A stretch of 64,000 nt of DNA from Takakia lepidozioides (Eukaryota > Plantae > Bryophyta), in the NCBI GenBank assembly GCA_030704615.1, contig CM060732.1:58466001-58530000 (forward strand), given 5' to 3'. This document shows, piece after piece, positions 49,900 through 62,619 of this stretch (positions within the stretch are counted from its first letter, which is position 1; the number at the start of each line of letters is the position of its first letter). Both the position numbers and the translations under genes were made by a program. Under the pieces are notes generated by a model. The model was given only the letters and a program-made list of their open reading frames with translations. It made no database searches and was not told where the DNA came from.

Positions 49900-50543
49900 C
49901 AGAGCTGATGTTAAATCTTGATTTCTACTAGCTATGGATCTTGACTGGTATTGGATGGTTTGATGGCAGGAAGAGACCACACACTGATTCCTGATGAACC
50001 AAGCATTGGAGATGTGCTGATTTGCTTCAGCAGACGCACACCAAATGCACACGCAGACCCTTGTTTGTACTTCTTCAACCCTGCTTGGAGAATAGCGAAT
50101 GGTGATTTATGTCTTAGAGTGATACATACTGGTGGAAGAACAACCATAGCACTTTGGATAAGAGAGTTAGGAAGGTGGGTGAAGATAAATACCATGGCAC
50201 GAGAGGTGACATGGGGAGGTAGAGTAAAGATGTTGCGAAATGGACAGCGGGAGTGGTATAGAGGTCAACATTAAGGGAGTTGCGGGAAAATTAGAGTCAG
50301 AATTAGGTGTTGAAACAGTTTGAACTTTGACTAGAGAATAGAAGGATGACCAGTCCAACCAGCATAGATGCGCCTTATCATGGTAGGAATAGTGAGGATG
50401 TAAATGACTGGCTGGAGAGAATTCAGATGGAGGCAAATGTCAGGGATTTGAATGAGGACAAAACTTTCAAGGTAGCAAGGCTCAACCTGAGAGCCAAGGC
50501 TGATGAATGGTACCGTAAATAAAACCCTAGACCAAACAACTGG

Positions 50544-53500
50544 GTGGACTTCAGGGCAGCAATTTCAGCCAAGTTTGGTATCGTTGACTTGGCAGAAATT
50601 AGGCTAAGAATGGATACCATTAAACAGGAGAGTAGACAAAGGGTTCAAACATACTTCGATAGGTTGAACCGGTTATTTATAAGAAGTGGGGCGTCTGATT
50701 TGGAACAGAGGCGTAGATTTGCAGCAGGTTTGAGACCAGAAATAGCAAGAGTAATGCTGGGCAGGCGCTTCCTTGATGTAGAGGAAGCACTTGACACAGC
50801 CATTGAGATTGAAAGGGGCCTGGGAAAGTTAGGGGAAATACCTCTAGAGCCATTGGAAGGAGATGATACAGATGAGTCAGTTGTGTTTGTTAACCCTATG
50901 GACAGAAGACTTGATCAGCTGAACACTACCCTACAGAAGTACTTTGATAGGGGACCAGTCATAGGAGAAATCTCGGGATCTAGAACACCACCTCGTGTTC
51001 GCCTTTGTAATGTTTGTCACAAAGAAGGTCACATAGCTGCATATTGTCCTGAAGGAAGAACCCCAGCTAAGTGTGACAAATGTCACCGGTTCGGGCATTC
51101 CACGGAAATGTGTGGTGTGAGATGCAACTTTTGCAAGCTACTCGGGCATACGGAGAGTGAGTGCAGTAGAAAACTCGACCAAACTATGATGGGAACTCCG
51201 GGAACTAACTTTGTAGATGTGTTCTATGATGATGAGGATGATGTACTCGCAGAGAGGACAGATCTGATGTCACGAAATAGTATCAATGAAGTCAGACTTC
51301 CAAGGACACGCATACCTGTCCAGAGTCCGATTGTTGAACCTACAAGGTCACCAGAAAGGAATAGTGAGAGCAGTGAACAGCCAAGCAAGACCAAGAGTGA
51401 AATCTACCCAAAGAACAATTTCAAGAATGCTATAGAAGGAGGTACGAAATCCAGAATCTTGAACCACTTCTACAAAGGGAGAATATCGTTGTCGCCCATG
51501 GACCTGATCATGACTGTGCCCGGAGAGCTAGACAAATTGAAAGGGCTGGTCAAAGTGGTGGAAAGAGCAATGGTCCAACAAAGGGAGACAACTCACAGTG
51601 TAGAAGTTGTGAAGGATGTACCAAGGCCTTTGTACTCAGCACACGCTGAGCCCACGATCTCGTATGCTTATACTAGTAAGGTTAAAGCGCTTCATGTAAT
51701 GATTACAATGGGAGATTACCAAGTATTAGGCCAGATTGACACTGGTGCCATGCTTTCTGTAATATCAGCTAGTACAGTCAGGGATCTTGGTTTGATGGGA
51801 TCTGTCATTACTAGTAAGGATGTGAATAACAGAGTAGCCTCAGGTGCTCTTGAGACTGCAATGGGCAGACTTGAGGACATCAAGGTCAAAGTAGGAGAAC
51901 TGACCAATCGTTTGTCCTTTATGGTGGTGAACACGGATACATATCACATGCTGCTGGGATTAGACTTTCTCAAAAAGTTTGGCGCTGTAGTGGACACCGA
52001 AGCTGAAACAATTCGCGTACGCTATGGGCCAGGAAAGGATTTTGCTCACTTCCCTTTGCACACCATCAATTATAATGAGCCTGCAGTTACCAAAACAGCC
52101 TACCATAGAGGGGTCGAGAGTAGAATGAGATATGCAAGCAGTACGTCAGCAGGTAATGTCTTAACCCTGACGTCAGATGAACAGTACCTAGGCTTGTGGG
52201 AGAAGAAAAGAAAACCAGAGGAAGAATATGAGGACACGGAGGAAACATCCTCAGGTTCTGACACCTCTAAATCTGATAAAGATGAGGAGATGGGAGGCTC
52301 TGAGGAGAGTAAGGAGGTAGAAACAGCACTGAGGGATGTTGAGGAAATAATAGACGATGTCAACCTAGGGGAGGACTTGTTCGAGGACCAAGGGATGTCT
52401 GAACTCCTTCAGGAAGAGACCCATAAGAGCATGGCTGCTGCCATAATACAGGAAGCTTACCAGAAAGCTTGGAATGGTGAACTAGGGAACAACAACCTAG
52501 AAATAGAGGATGACTTCCATGATTGGAATCAGGTTGTCACACAAGAGGAAGGACAGAGAATGGCTAACTCTGTAAGCCAGGTGGAGGGAAAGAATTGGGA
52601 ACCCAGTCAAGAGGAAGAAATGGAGAGTCATTGGAGAAGTCTGAAATCCAGACTGCACATCAACCCAGAACTGGCCCCAGAACATAGGATAGAGCTGGAG
52701 CAAGAGCTGAAAGCAAACTAGGAATGCTTTGCTCTTAGCAAGGCTGACTTGGGATACTGCAGTGAGGTGGAACACACAATTGACACACAAGGTTTTCCCC
52801 CTTGCAGAAGTCGTCCCAGCCGCCTATCAGAATGGGAGGAAGACGAGGTCCAAGGACAAATTGAGACTTTGATCTCACAAGGCAAGATGAGAGAGAGTAG
52901 TTCAGAATGGTCGTGTCCAGTTACCCTTCCACCAAAAAAGGTTGGATCCAAGCGGTTTTGTGGTGATTTTAGGCCAGTAAACCGTTTAACCAGAAGGGAC
53001 TCTTACCCTATGCCATTAATTCAGGATGTTTTAAACCAGTTGGGGAAAGCCAAGTGGTTTTCTGCGCTGGATTTACAATCTGGTTTTTGGCAGATCAAAA
53101 TGGACGACCGAGACATAGGCAAAACAGCAGTGATCACAAAGAAGGGATTGTATGAATGGCTAGTCATGCCATTCGGGCTAAAAAATGCCACTGCTACCTT
53201 TCAGAGAACAATGAATAGGGTGCTCAAGGAAGAAATCAAAGATTGCACTAAAGTTTTTGTAGATGACGTCAATATCCATAGCAAGGACTGGGGAGATCAC
53301 GTGGGACATATAAAGAGAGTATTGAGCAAGGTTAGAAAGGCCAATCTTAGGCTCAATCCGGACAAGTGTTACTTTGCCAACTTACAGTTGGTATTCCTTG
53401 GGCATGTGATCTCTGAAGAGGGAACGTGGCCTGATCCAGATAAGATAGCTGCTATTGAAAGGTTTCCCTTGCCAAAAAACCACACTGCTCTCAAAAGCTA

Positions 53501-56461
53501 CTTAGGCATGACAGGATACTATAGGCCCTATGTCAAAGGATATGCTGGAGTGGCAGTACCCTTGTTCACTCTAACCAAGAAGGATGTGAAGTTTATCTGG
53601 AGTGCAGAGGCACAAAACGCCTTTTCTGCCTTACAGGTGAAGTTGGTAACTGCTCCCATCCTGGCAAGACCAGATTTCTCAAGACCGTTCGTCTTGGATG
53701 TTGACTGGTCCATCAAAGGAGTAGGGGCAGTCTTGTCACAAAAGGAGTATAAAAAGGAGAGGGTCATTGCATACGCCAGTAAGGTACTATCTGATGCTCA
53801 GCGCAAATATCACCCTATGGAAGGTGAATGCTATGCCCTGGTGTGGGGAGTATTACACTTTCGGCAGTACCTGTATGGAACCCCTTTTGTAATCAGGACT
53901 GATCACAAACCACTGGAGTGGTTGGCAACGGTAAGTGACGCATATGGACGCAGGGGTAGATGGATCATGATGTTACAAGATTTTGAGTTTAAAATTGTTC
54001 ACAGAGCAGGTGCTAGGCATGCTAACGTAGATGCACTAAGCAGGTATCCAGTGGGACCAGCTGAGGAAATCGAGGAAATCGAGGTATACTCTACTTCTCT
54101 GTACAGTCAGAAAAGAGAAGGGAGAAAGAGGGATGGAGCCTATCTTCTTAAGCTAGCTTGGGATAGGGGTGCCATCAATGCTTCGTTATTTCAATTTAAG
54201 GAGGGTAAGGAGGAGTTGAGAGAAGAAGCTCTTAGGCAAGTAGGGTATAGCAGTGAAAAATGGGAGATGATTTGCAAAAGAGAAGAGTACTATGCATGTG
54301 TATGGGGCCTTTGGCACTTCAAGAAAATACTGTTGGGAAGTCATTTTTCTTTGGAAACAGATCTAGATCCATATTGGTGGCTGTACTCAGAGCACCACAT
54401 AGGCATAGACTTACTTGGTGACTTTTCATTTGAGTTCGTTCCGGGCATAGTAAGATCTTCCACAGGTGGAATGTTGACCAAGGATCATGGCATATTGAAG
54501 GGAGAACTGAAACCAGGCATAATGCCAGATGGAGAAGGAAAGAGGGTGACTTTTGCTGCACAGACTTTTGCTACAAAAAAACAAGGAAAGGGTATTGATC
54601 AATCAAGCTCTGTCAATCTGGTAAGGGAGGGTATTTGGAAGGATAAGGGTGCAGGAAGGATAGAGGCTACTGCAATCAGCAACAAGGAAAGGGAGCATCT
54701 GATGCCCTCTTGTCCCACCATCCATGTGATTACCCGAGGATCTCGTGCTCGTGATAAGGAGCTAAGCGAGGTACATCCAGCCTGTGAACTTGTGGAAGAG
54801 AGATCGAACAATGAAAAGGGAAGCTTGCAAGAGACACCATTCCTTCAACACTTGACAAGCACTCCAACAACAAGAAGAACGCGGGTGACTTCCTCATCAA
54901 AATGCCCAGCCAAGGAAAACATGGGGGGTGAGTGTTCCACCAAGACGTTTTATTCTTCAGACAGTGATGGAACAAGTGGTTCAGAACAAGACACTTCTTC
55001 TTGCAACAAGATTGATGAAGGGGACTGGGTACCATGGACCGCACCCACCAAAGCTACTCAGATGTCATTATTACGTGAGGCTGAAAGATGGGGGAAAAGC
55101 TCTCTCATCAGCTCTGACCATCATACAGCAACTGTTAAGGAGGAAAGGCAACCTGATGTGCTTGATGATGTGGAAGTCATGCACCTCTTATGTTTTGGAG
55201 AAGTCAATGACTACCTGACAAAGAGGAGAGCAAGAGAGCCAAGAGGCGGGCAAGGCAGTACTCCTATCTCAAAGGTGAGGTCTACTTTGATGGAAGGGTA
55301 GTTCCACCAAGAACTGACAGAGGGGCAATAATCACTGAAGTACATGAAGCCACTGGCCACTTTGGAGTCAGAAGAACACAAGAGGAGATATGCCGACGTT
55401 ATTTCTGGCATGATAGAACAAAACTCATCAGGCAAGTACTCAAGGGCTGTGGTAAATGTCAGATGGCCAAACAGAACGGAGTGTTGCGCTCAGGTAGCTC
55501 AAAACTTCACAGCATTCCAGTAGTGGATCTGTTTTTCAGAGTTGCAATTGACACGGCAGGACCATTACCTATAACCAGCAGGGGCAATCAGTACTTTCTG
55601 GTGGCAATCGATCACTTCTCAAAATGGATAGAAGCTGCACCAGTGGCAGATCATACAGCAGCCCTTGCTGCCCGCTTTCTTGAGGAAGAAGTAATTGACA
55701 GGTATAGCTGCCCACATACGTTGCTTACTGACAATGGCACAGAGTGGGGAGGTGAGTTTGAAGATACATGCCACGAATACGGTATAAAGAGGGAGCATAG
55801 CGCCCCCTACTGGCCTCAGTGTAACGGTATGGTGGAAAGGGTCATTAAGTCTCTCAAACAGAGCATCACCACCCTAGGAGTTGGAAACGACACTGAGTGG
55901 GATCAGAATCTCTATAAGGCCCTGTTTGGTTACAGAATGGGTGTCCATGCTTCCACTGGATTCTCACCTTTTCAGGTACTTACTGGTAGAATTCCAAGGC
56001 TGGGAATTGACAACAGGTTGCATTTTCTTACAACACCAGTAAATTCTGATGGATCTGTAGCAGAGGTCACACTTATGATGCAGCAGAAAATCCAGCTTCT
56101 CACAGAGATGAAGGCAAAGCTGCGAAAGAGTGTGAAGAAAGGGCAGTGTCAACAGGCAAGAGATTATGAAAGAAGGCATCAAACAGGGCATACCTACTGT
56201 ACGTTGATGGAGAACAGCAAGGTAATGATGTTGAGGCCTGGAAAGAGGTCTTCCATGACATCTCCATGGGAGGGACCCTATGACTTTTTGGGGTACAAGG
56301 ATGCAGAAAACACAACCAAGACTGGAGAAGCTGCACAAAGATGCAGGTTGAGAGATGGAGCAGACAAGGAATGGGTAAGAAGTAGGAGGGATTTAAAACC
56401 CTTCATACCACCAATAGATGTTCAGCCGTCAAAGGTGGTCAGTGAGGACCCTGCCACTTAA
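50544..56461 (+). pseudogene. Element E gag-pol: three CCHC knuckles, protease, RT, RNase H, integrase
   Basis: CNVC..H..C, CDKC..H..C, CNFC..H..C; IDTGA; FVDD; LDVDWS; VAIDTAGP, TDNGTEW, GMVER, GPY. In-frame TAG at 52719 and frameshifts at ~55200-55450. Confidence 0.93.
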
Positions 56462-58882
56462 AAAAGGGAGACACACTACATATGTAGTGTGAATGCAGGG
56501 GGTAAAAATTCAAGTTTTTGTTTGGCATCAGGTTTCGGCACTACTACAAAGGGAGTGCCCTTCGTGCTAATGAAGGGGAGGAATTGTCCATAACTTGAGG
56601 TAATTCCATGGAAAAACTATGCTATTGATCTGCCAAGAACAAAATATGGCTAAGTTATGACATGCACCTTTTTCATCCCTAGGATGAATGATTTTCATCC
56701 ATGATGTTGAACCCTAGAAGCAGGATGTGAAATTCGAAGGGGAAGAGTGCGTGCATCTTTTCGCAGCTGCTGCAGTGGTGTTGGCAGCACAGGATATCTG
56801 AGAAAGTTCCACCTACGCAAAGGGTATCAGCTTGCTTTAAAGAGAAACGTTAAGAGCTCCTGCTTGGCTTTCTGTGCAAGAAGAAGCGGTGCCGCCTTCT
56901 TCGAAAGCAATTATCAAACCTGAGGGATCAGGTTTGTGATAAGGGCGGTGCACCACTGCTGTCGCCATTGTCTTGATGAGCACATTAATGAGGAGATGGA
57001 GCGGCTCAGCAGGTGTTGGGGGATGAGAAGTACAGGTTGGTGTGTATAGCGCCTCAGGTTGTCTGTGATCAAATCTTGTAGCTGCTGTCTGTTTGAGAGC
57101 TTTAGGACCAGATCACTTTGTAAGGGAAGAGAGTAAGCATTTTTGCAGCTGCTGCAGTGGTGTTGGCAGCACAGGATATCTGAGAAAGTTCCACCTACGC
57201 AAAGGGTATCAGCTTGCTTTAAAGAGAAACGTTAAGAGCTCCTGCTTGGCTTTCTGTGCAAGAGGAAGCGGTGCCGCCTTCTGGTGTGTATGGCGCTTAA
57301 GCTATCTATAATTAAGTTTTGTATCTGCTCTCTGTCTTAAGGGCTGTAGGACCAGATCACTTCATAGGGAAGAAATGCACATGTAGAAGGATAGGGTAGA
57401 GGTTGGCAGGCACAAGGATGTGCCAGCAGCTGAAGCGGAGCCATCATGCCTTAATGAGGACTGGAATCACGATAAGAAGAAACGTCGGAAATGGCTGACG
57501 AGGGAGATGACAAGGTGCCTTCTTGACAGGCAGACCCACCGCTTCAATGAGTATAAGACAGATAAGTTCGAAGAGTGTTGGCTTCCTTTTTGGCACTTAG
57601 GAATGACTTTGTGAAGTTTTTGGAACTGTCTCTTGTATCTACTGAAGGAGACAGAAATGTGAGGAGTAGAAAAGGCCTTTGAAAATGGAATGAAGACACT
57701 GGAATTCAAACCAGGATAGGGTGGAGATGGATGCACCTGTTGTTACACTGTTATTAGGAAAATGAGAGGGGATAGGGATATCTCACCTCAGGGTCAGAAT
57801 GGTTGCTGTTCTTGTGTTCCTTTTCTTTGTTTTCAGTGTTTTCAGCCAGCAAAACAATGCAGCCTTGGATGTTAAAACAGTGGAGCCAGTGTAGAACTAG
57901 CTTAGAGGAATGAGGAAAACAAGGATGGTCATTCAGAAACTGATTTGAAGAGCTGAGAAGGGATGACGTGGATGGGGAAGAAAAGTCAATACTGTTTTGG
58001 GGTTTGGATCTGATTTCTAGAAGTGTTCTCAACATGTGAATGACTGATGTTCGAAGTTGAGGAGAAAAGGAGAGCTGTCAGGGTGTGTGATTTGAGATCT
58101 GTAGAAGGGTTGTGAAGCACCTTGACCAAACAGGATACACTTGGGGAAAGGTAGTGCAAGGACTAGTCACTGGAAAGAGAGAGAGAAAAGACTGACAGAG
58201 GGGCAGATTATCTCTTGTGTGACCAAGGTTGACTTCAATGATGGATGCACTGGATGCCCGGCTGGATGTGCATTGCATTGCATCGTAGCCATGCTGTTGT
58301 GGAGAAAAGTGAGGAATCCACACATGAAAGAAAAGGAGTGTGAGAGAAAGAAAAGGTGAAGAAGGGAGAAAGGGTTGATGAGGGATGGACAAATGGAGAG
58401 CCAAGGTCAAGAAGACATGAACCCTGAATGATCAAACTAGTGGGCCTGCAGTTCATGGCAGATCTGAGCTGCCCATCCACCTAGACCGTGATCTCATTAC
58501 AAAAGGGGGCTTCCGACGTGTTGCTGACCAAGGGAACTGCCCACAAGGGCAGGGTTTCATCACTGACATAGGGCTGATTGCATCACTGAATACATCGCAC
58601 CAGCATAGCTGGTGCTGTACCTGTAGGTAGGGGATGTTGTGTAAAAGGTAGAACCAAGAGTGAACAACAAATTGACTCCCCATCCATGTCTTCTCTTCCG
58701 CTGCGGCGTGGATGAGGATTGCGTGAACTCTGATCACGAAGGAGCTGAGGGAAACCCACAGCCAAGTGACGACAGTTGGACAGACTAGAAGAACGTTTCT
58801 TTCTTTTGCTCCGCTTAGAATGGAGGGGAGCACAATTAGAATTATACAGAAGGGGATTCACGCCCCTTCTTTTCACACTACA
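56460..58882 (+). repeat. Element E 3' terminus: PPT, B1 CACACTACA (56472-56480), TA, LTR core (56483-58873), B2 CACACTACA (58874-58882)
   Basis: AAAAAAGGGAG followed by the palindrome CACACTACA-TA-TGTAGTGTG. Confidence 0.92.
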
Positions 58883-59035
58883 GGATCTCGCAAGTTCAAA
58901 AGCAGATGACGCTTAGCCCGGCCAATGGTTTGCCAGTTTCCACCATGACAGACATTGCATGGACATAGAATTTTCCAAAGACCCAGTCTTCTTGCTCACG
59001 CTTCCTCTAGTTTCCACAATCTGTCATCGTCATGT
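58883..59035 (-). pseudogene. 5' exon of the CACTA transposase (transposase-associated domain), separated by the element E insertion
   Basis: CPCNVCHGG..AKRHLLLNLRDP continues as NLRELP across the GGAT TSD. Confidence 0.7.
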
Positions 59036-59090
59036 TCTGCTTGTGTCCGCCTTTGCCATCGATGGGCAGTAGGAGGGATCATCTTGGCGA

Positions 59091-59746
59091 GTGAGTGAGA
59101 CTCGTCAGGAAATGGAGACCCAAATAGAGTGTCCAGAAGTTACACCAGGGCGCAAGCCTATAGCGAGGGAGGTAGAACGAGCAAAGCGTCAAGCGGAGAA
59201 CAAGGCATTCTTTGCACGACTGAAGATCTACGACATTGCAAAGAGGTCCAAACTTCGGTTTTTTTCATATCCCCTACCTAGCCCTAGCCATGAAACCGCA
59301 TTAAAAGCTCCAAACCTGCAGAGAGGATATGTTAGGGTTTTGCAGCTGCTGACTTTGTCTTTCTTCTTCTTTGCAGCGTCGAAGAGAGCTTGAGTCGCCC
59401 TAAACGCCTCGTTGAGGAAATCCTCAAACACACATGTCCTCCTCGCCGAAGTCACAGAGTTCAACTCCTGCACTCTGCAATGTCACAAGGGGAGAAAGAG
59501 GTAGAGCAAGAGGAGGAAGCGCAGGTTCAAGCGGAGTCAGACACAGAGGAGGCAGGAGAGCAAGAATTGCAGCGAGACCAAGATTATGCCGCTCATGAAG
59601 ACTTCAATGAGACCAGCTCGGAGTCAGAGATGGAAACGATGAAAGAAGCCCCAACAAAGACAAAGCGCGCAAAGCACCCTGCAAACTCCCCAACCCATCA
59701 GCAGGTTTGCGATCTGCACCAAAGTTTTGTCTCCATATGCATATGA
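59091..59746 (+). CDS. Probable second (TnpA-position) CACTA gene, head-to-head with the transposase; spliced or degenerate
   Basis: EVERAKRQAENKAFFARLKI followed by an acidic stretch; plausible intron at ~59245-59376. No definitive domain. Confidence 0.35.
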
Positions 59747-60480
59747 AAAGGCAGTGAGGGTAAGAAACAATTGCAGCAAGGTTGTTGGGCATGAGTCTTG
59801 CATATGAATTTGGGTGGGAAAAGGCTCACTGGAATGTCAACTCCAGTTGCCTGCTTTCTGGCTTGGTCTGGATTGTAATGAGGCCAACAGTTGTGGGGGT
59901 CATACTTCTTCTTCAACAAAGCCAGATAGACAATGCAGCACTAGAGGCACTTGAAGTCCTTACCCCTAAACCCTCCAACATCTCTTTGCAAATTCAACTT
60001 GTGGACCATGTGCCTTTGTTTTCAGCAATGTGAGTGTTGGTAATCTTATGGTATGCTTGACTCTCCTTCATGATGGTATATAAATGTTGCCTCTTTTTCC
60101 TTTTTCATCTTGAACCCATAAACTGAGAATAGTGGTTTTGATTTGGTGATTGTCTCTCACCAATCCATGGACCAAGAAGAAGAACAACATGAACGGTAGT
60201 GACAAGCCACTTTGTCTAACTTCATTTTCATCAGAGAGAGAGAGATTGTACTCATAAGACGTTGTTTGCCGTAGCCTTGTGGACATTGACCCCGCGCCCA
60301 GTTTGAGCGGGAACAAAAGGGACAGAACCTACCTCTGTCAGGGGCTGACGTTGGTAGTAAGACTTACCTTCATATATAGAATTAATTCGGGTTTTCCAGA
60401 TATCCTCTAGAAATCCGTCTTGTATAGATTGACAATGACGCCCTGTCACCAGCGAAAGGGGATCGTTTCAGTCTTCTAGA

Positions 60481-61830
60481 TCAGGTTAAAGAGGAGAAGT
60501 AGGGATTGAATTCTGTCTTGAAGTTGATGGATTGAACCGTCTCTGCCAACGCCTGATTTATGTTGACAACCCGCATGGGATCGCCACCGTGCTTGATAAG
60601 CTCGTTGACAATACCATCAGGTCCACCAGCTTTATATCCATTTAAATGTTCAATTGCTTCGACAATCTCAGAAGGACTAATGGGAGCGTTATAAGCCATT
60701 GAAATATACTCCAGTTCATCAGGGCTGTTTTGCATCATAGGAACAGTTTTTCCAACTGTGTCCCTCCATTCAGTAGAAGACCCCTCACTGTTAGACCTAG
60801 AAGTTATGCCAAGGATACTGTAGTGAGTTTCAAAGGTTTTGACAATGTCAACCGATGAAGTCACCACTGCACCTTTAGTAGTCTTCAGCGCTTGTACTTG
60901 CTGACCGTTTTTCGGCTTGTACAAATGTTGAAGGGCCAACCAGAATTTCTTGTCATTACCACCATGGTGCTTTGAGTTTATTTCACTATATAACTTGTCC
61001 CAGTATAATTTCTTCTGAGACCTAACAAGCTGTTTGATATCTTTACGGAGCTGGTAGTACCTCGCCCACAATTCTCTGTTGGTTTCCAAATTGCAGCACT
61101 CTTTATAGAGGGCTCGTCTCTCAGCTATCTTGAGTTTAATCTCATTGGTCCACCAATTAACAGCTCTACCATAGACAATTAGTTTCATCCCAATGATCTT
61201 GTCAACCACGGAGGAAACGAAACTCTCCCAAGAGTCCCCTGCTCTTTCGACTTCATTTCTTGCGTTATCAAAGCGAGACTGAAGTTCTTGGAGCGATTGG
61301 ACAAAATGAGGGAGACCCTCTTGCAAGGGCTGGACATACTCAGCCTTGACCTCCTCATTATGGAGTTTTTCTATGCGCCACTTCCGAATCGAATGTTTCA
61401 CATATCTCTTGGTGTTGGGAAAACACCTTTTGATCTCATTCCAAACCAAGAAATGGTCAGAGGTACCAATATCAGTTCTGTCGATCAACACATTGGCACA
61501 CTGGGGGAACAAATTTTTGTCCATTATGATATAATCCACAATGGAACGTTCCCCAGTTTGGGATTTCTCACGAGTCCACTGCACTTGGTCACCTCTTGTC
61601 CTGTTATTCAAGGTCAAAAGCTGAAGATCTTCTAGACAGTTAATTAACCGTCTGCCATTAGAATTCAGTTCGTCCTCACCAAAAGGTCCAATGATATCAT
61701 CCTGATGGAGCCCTTTGCCCACCCGGGCATTGAAGTCACCCAATAGCACCACCTGACCTTTGGCAAGGAACGAAGCACAGTCCAGCTTTACATCTTCGAA
61801 GGCTTTGTCTGCATCAGCTTGTGAGCGTCC
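60481..61830 (-). mobile_element. LINE fragment: AP endonuclease C-terminus and linker to RT
   Basis: LLGDFNARVG, SIVDYII, SDHFLV, KAGGPDGIVNELIK. Confidence 0.9.
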
Positions 61831-61872
61831 CCTCTGTGGGCATGTAAACACAACCCACAAAGAGGTCCTTCG

Positions 61873-61876
<4 letters not shown>

Positions 61877-61911
<35 letters not shown>
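61877..61911. repeat. (GA)n microsatellite
   Basis: Uninterrupted GA run. Confidence 0.95.
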
Positions 61912-61914
<3 letters not shown>

Positions 61915-62619
61915 CACTCCTGAGAAGTTGCTTATCATAGCCTTGTGGCCACAGACCTTGCCCGTGCCCAGCAGAACAAGAGGGAACAGACATGAGGGGC
62001 TCACTCTAGTAGTAGGACTTACCGTGTTATAAACATTAGTTCAGGCTTTCCAGATTCCTTTTAGAAAGCCCTTCACACAAGCATCAATATGTTGTATGTG
62101 GGCTACCAAGCAATGAGACCCCAACAAGGCCACCGCTTTAGACTCAGCCTTGAGATATTGAAAGTTGGTGAACAGAGGTGCAGGGACTATGTTCTTGATG
62201 GTCCTGAAGAGGGTCGCTCTCTGATGAGAATACCCCGGACTTGTATCAGAAAATGGACATTGTCTTCAGGCCACCCACACCAGTGAGCATTGACAATCTC
62301 CCTTTCCTCTCTGCATCTGTTTATTGTTCAAAGGTAGACTCCCCATCCTGAGGTAAAATTTTCAGTCTAGTGCCAAGGGTAGGTCTGCCCTTCAGATCAT
62401 CCTCAAAGTCCTCACCCATGTCACAAACTGGAAACGAGTTCAGGGAAGTTTATGCCTAACATTTTTTGTTCGGACATTCTTCATGCTTTTGACATGGCCT
62501 TAGACACTTCAGCCTCCACGTCAGATTCATCTAGCAGGGTGAGTTCTTCCTTCCTAATATTCAGGTATTTATCATAGGGTCGCTGGTATGAGGCATGCGA
62601 TTCAGCTGACTGTACCATC

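Larger units (their letters stand above)
48021..58882 (+). mobile_element. Ty3/gypsy family E, near full length, inserted into the CACTA transposase gene; TSD GGAT
   Basis: Termini TGTAGTGTG...CACACTACA; GGAT at 48017-48020 and 58883-58886; order gag-PR-RT-RH-IN. Confidence 0.95.
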
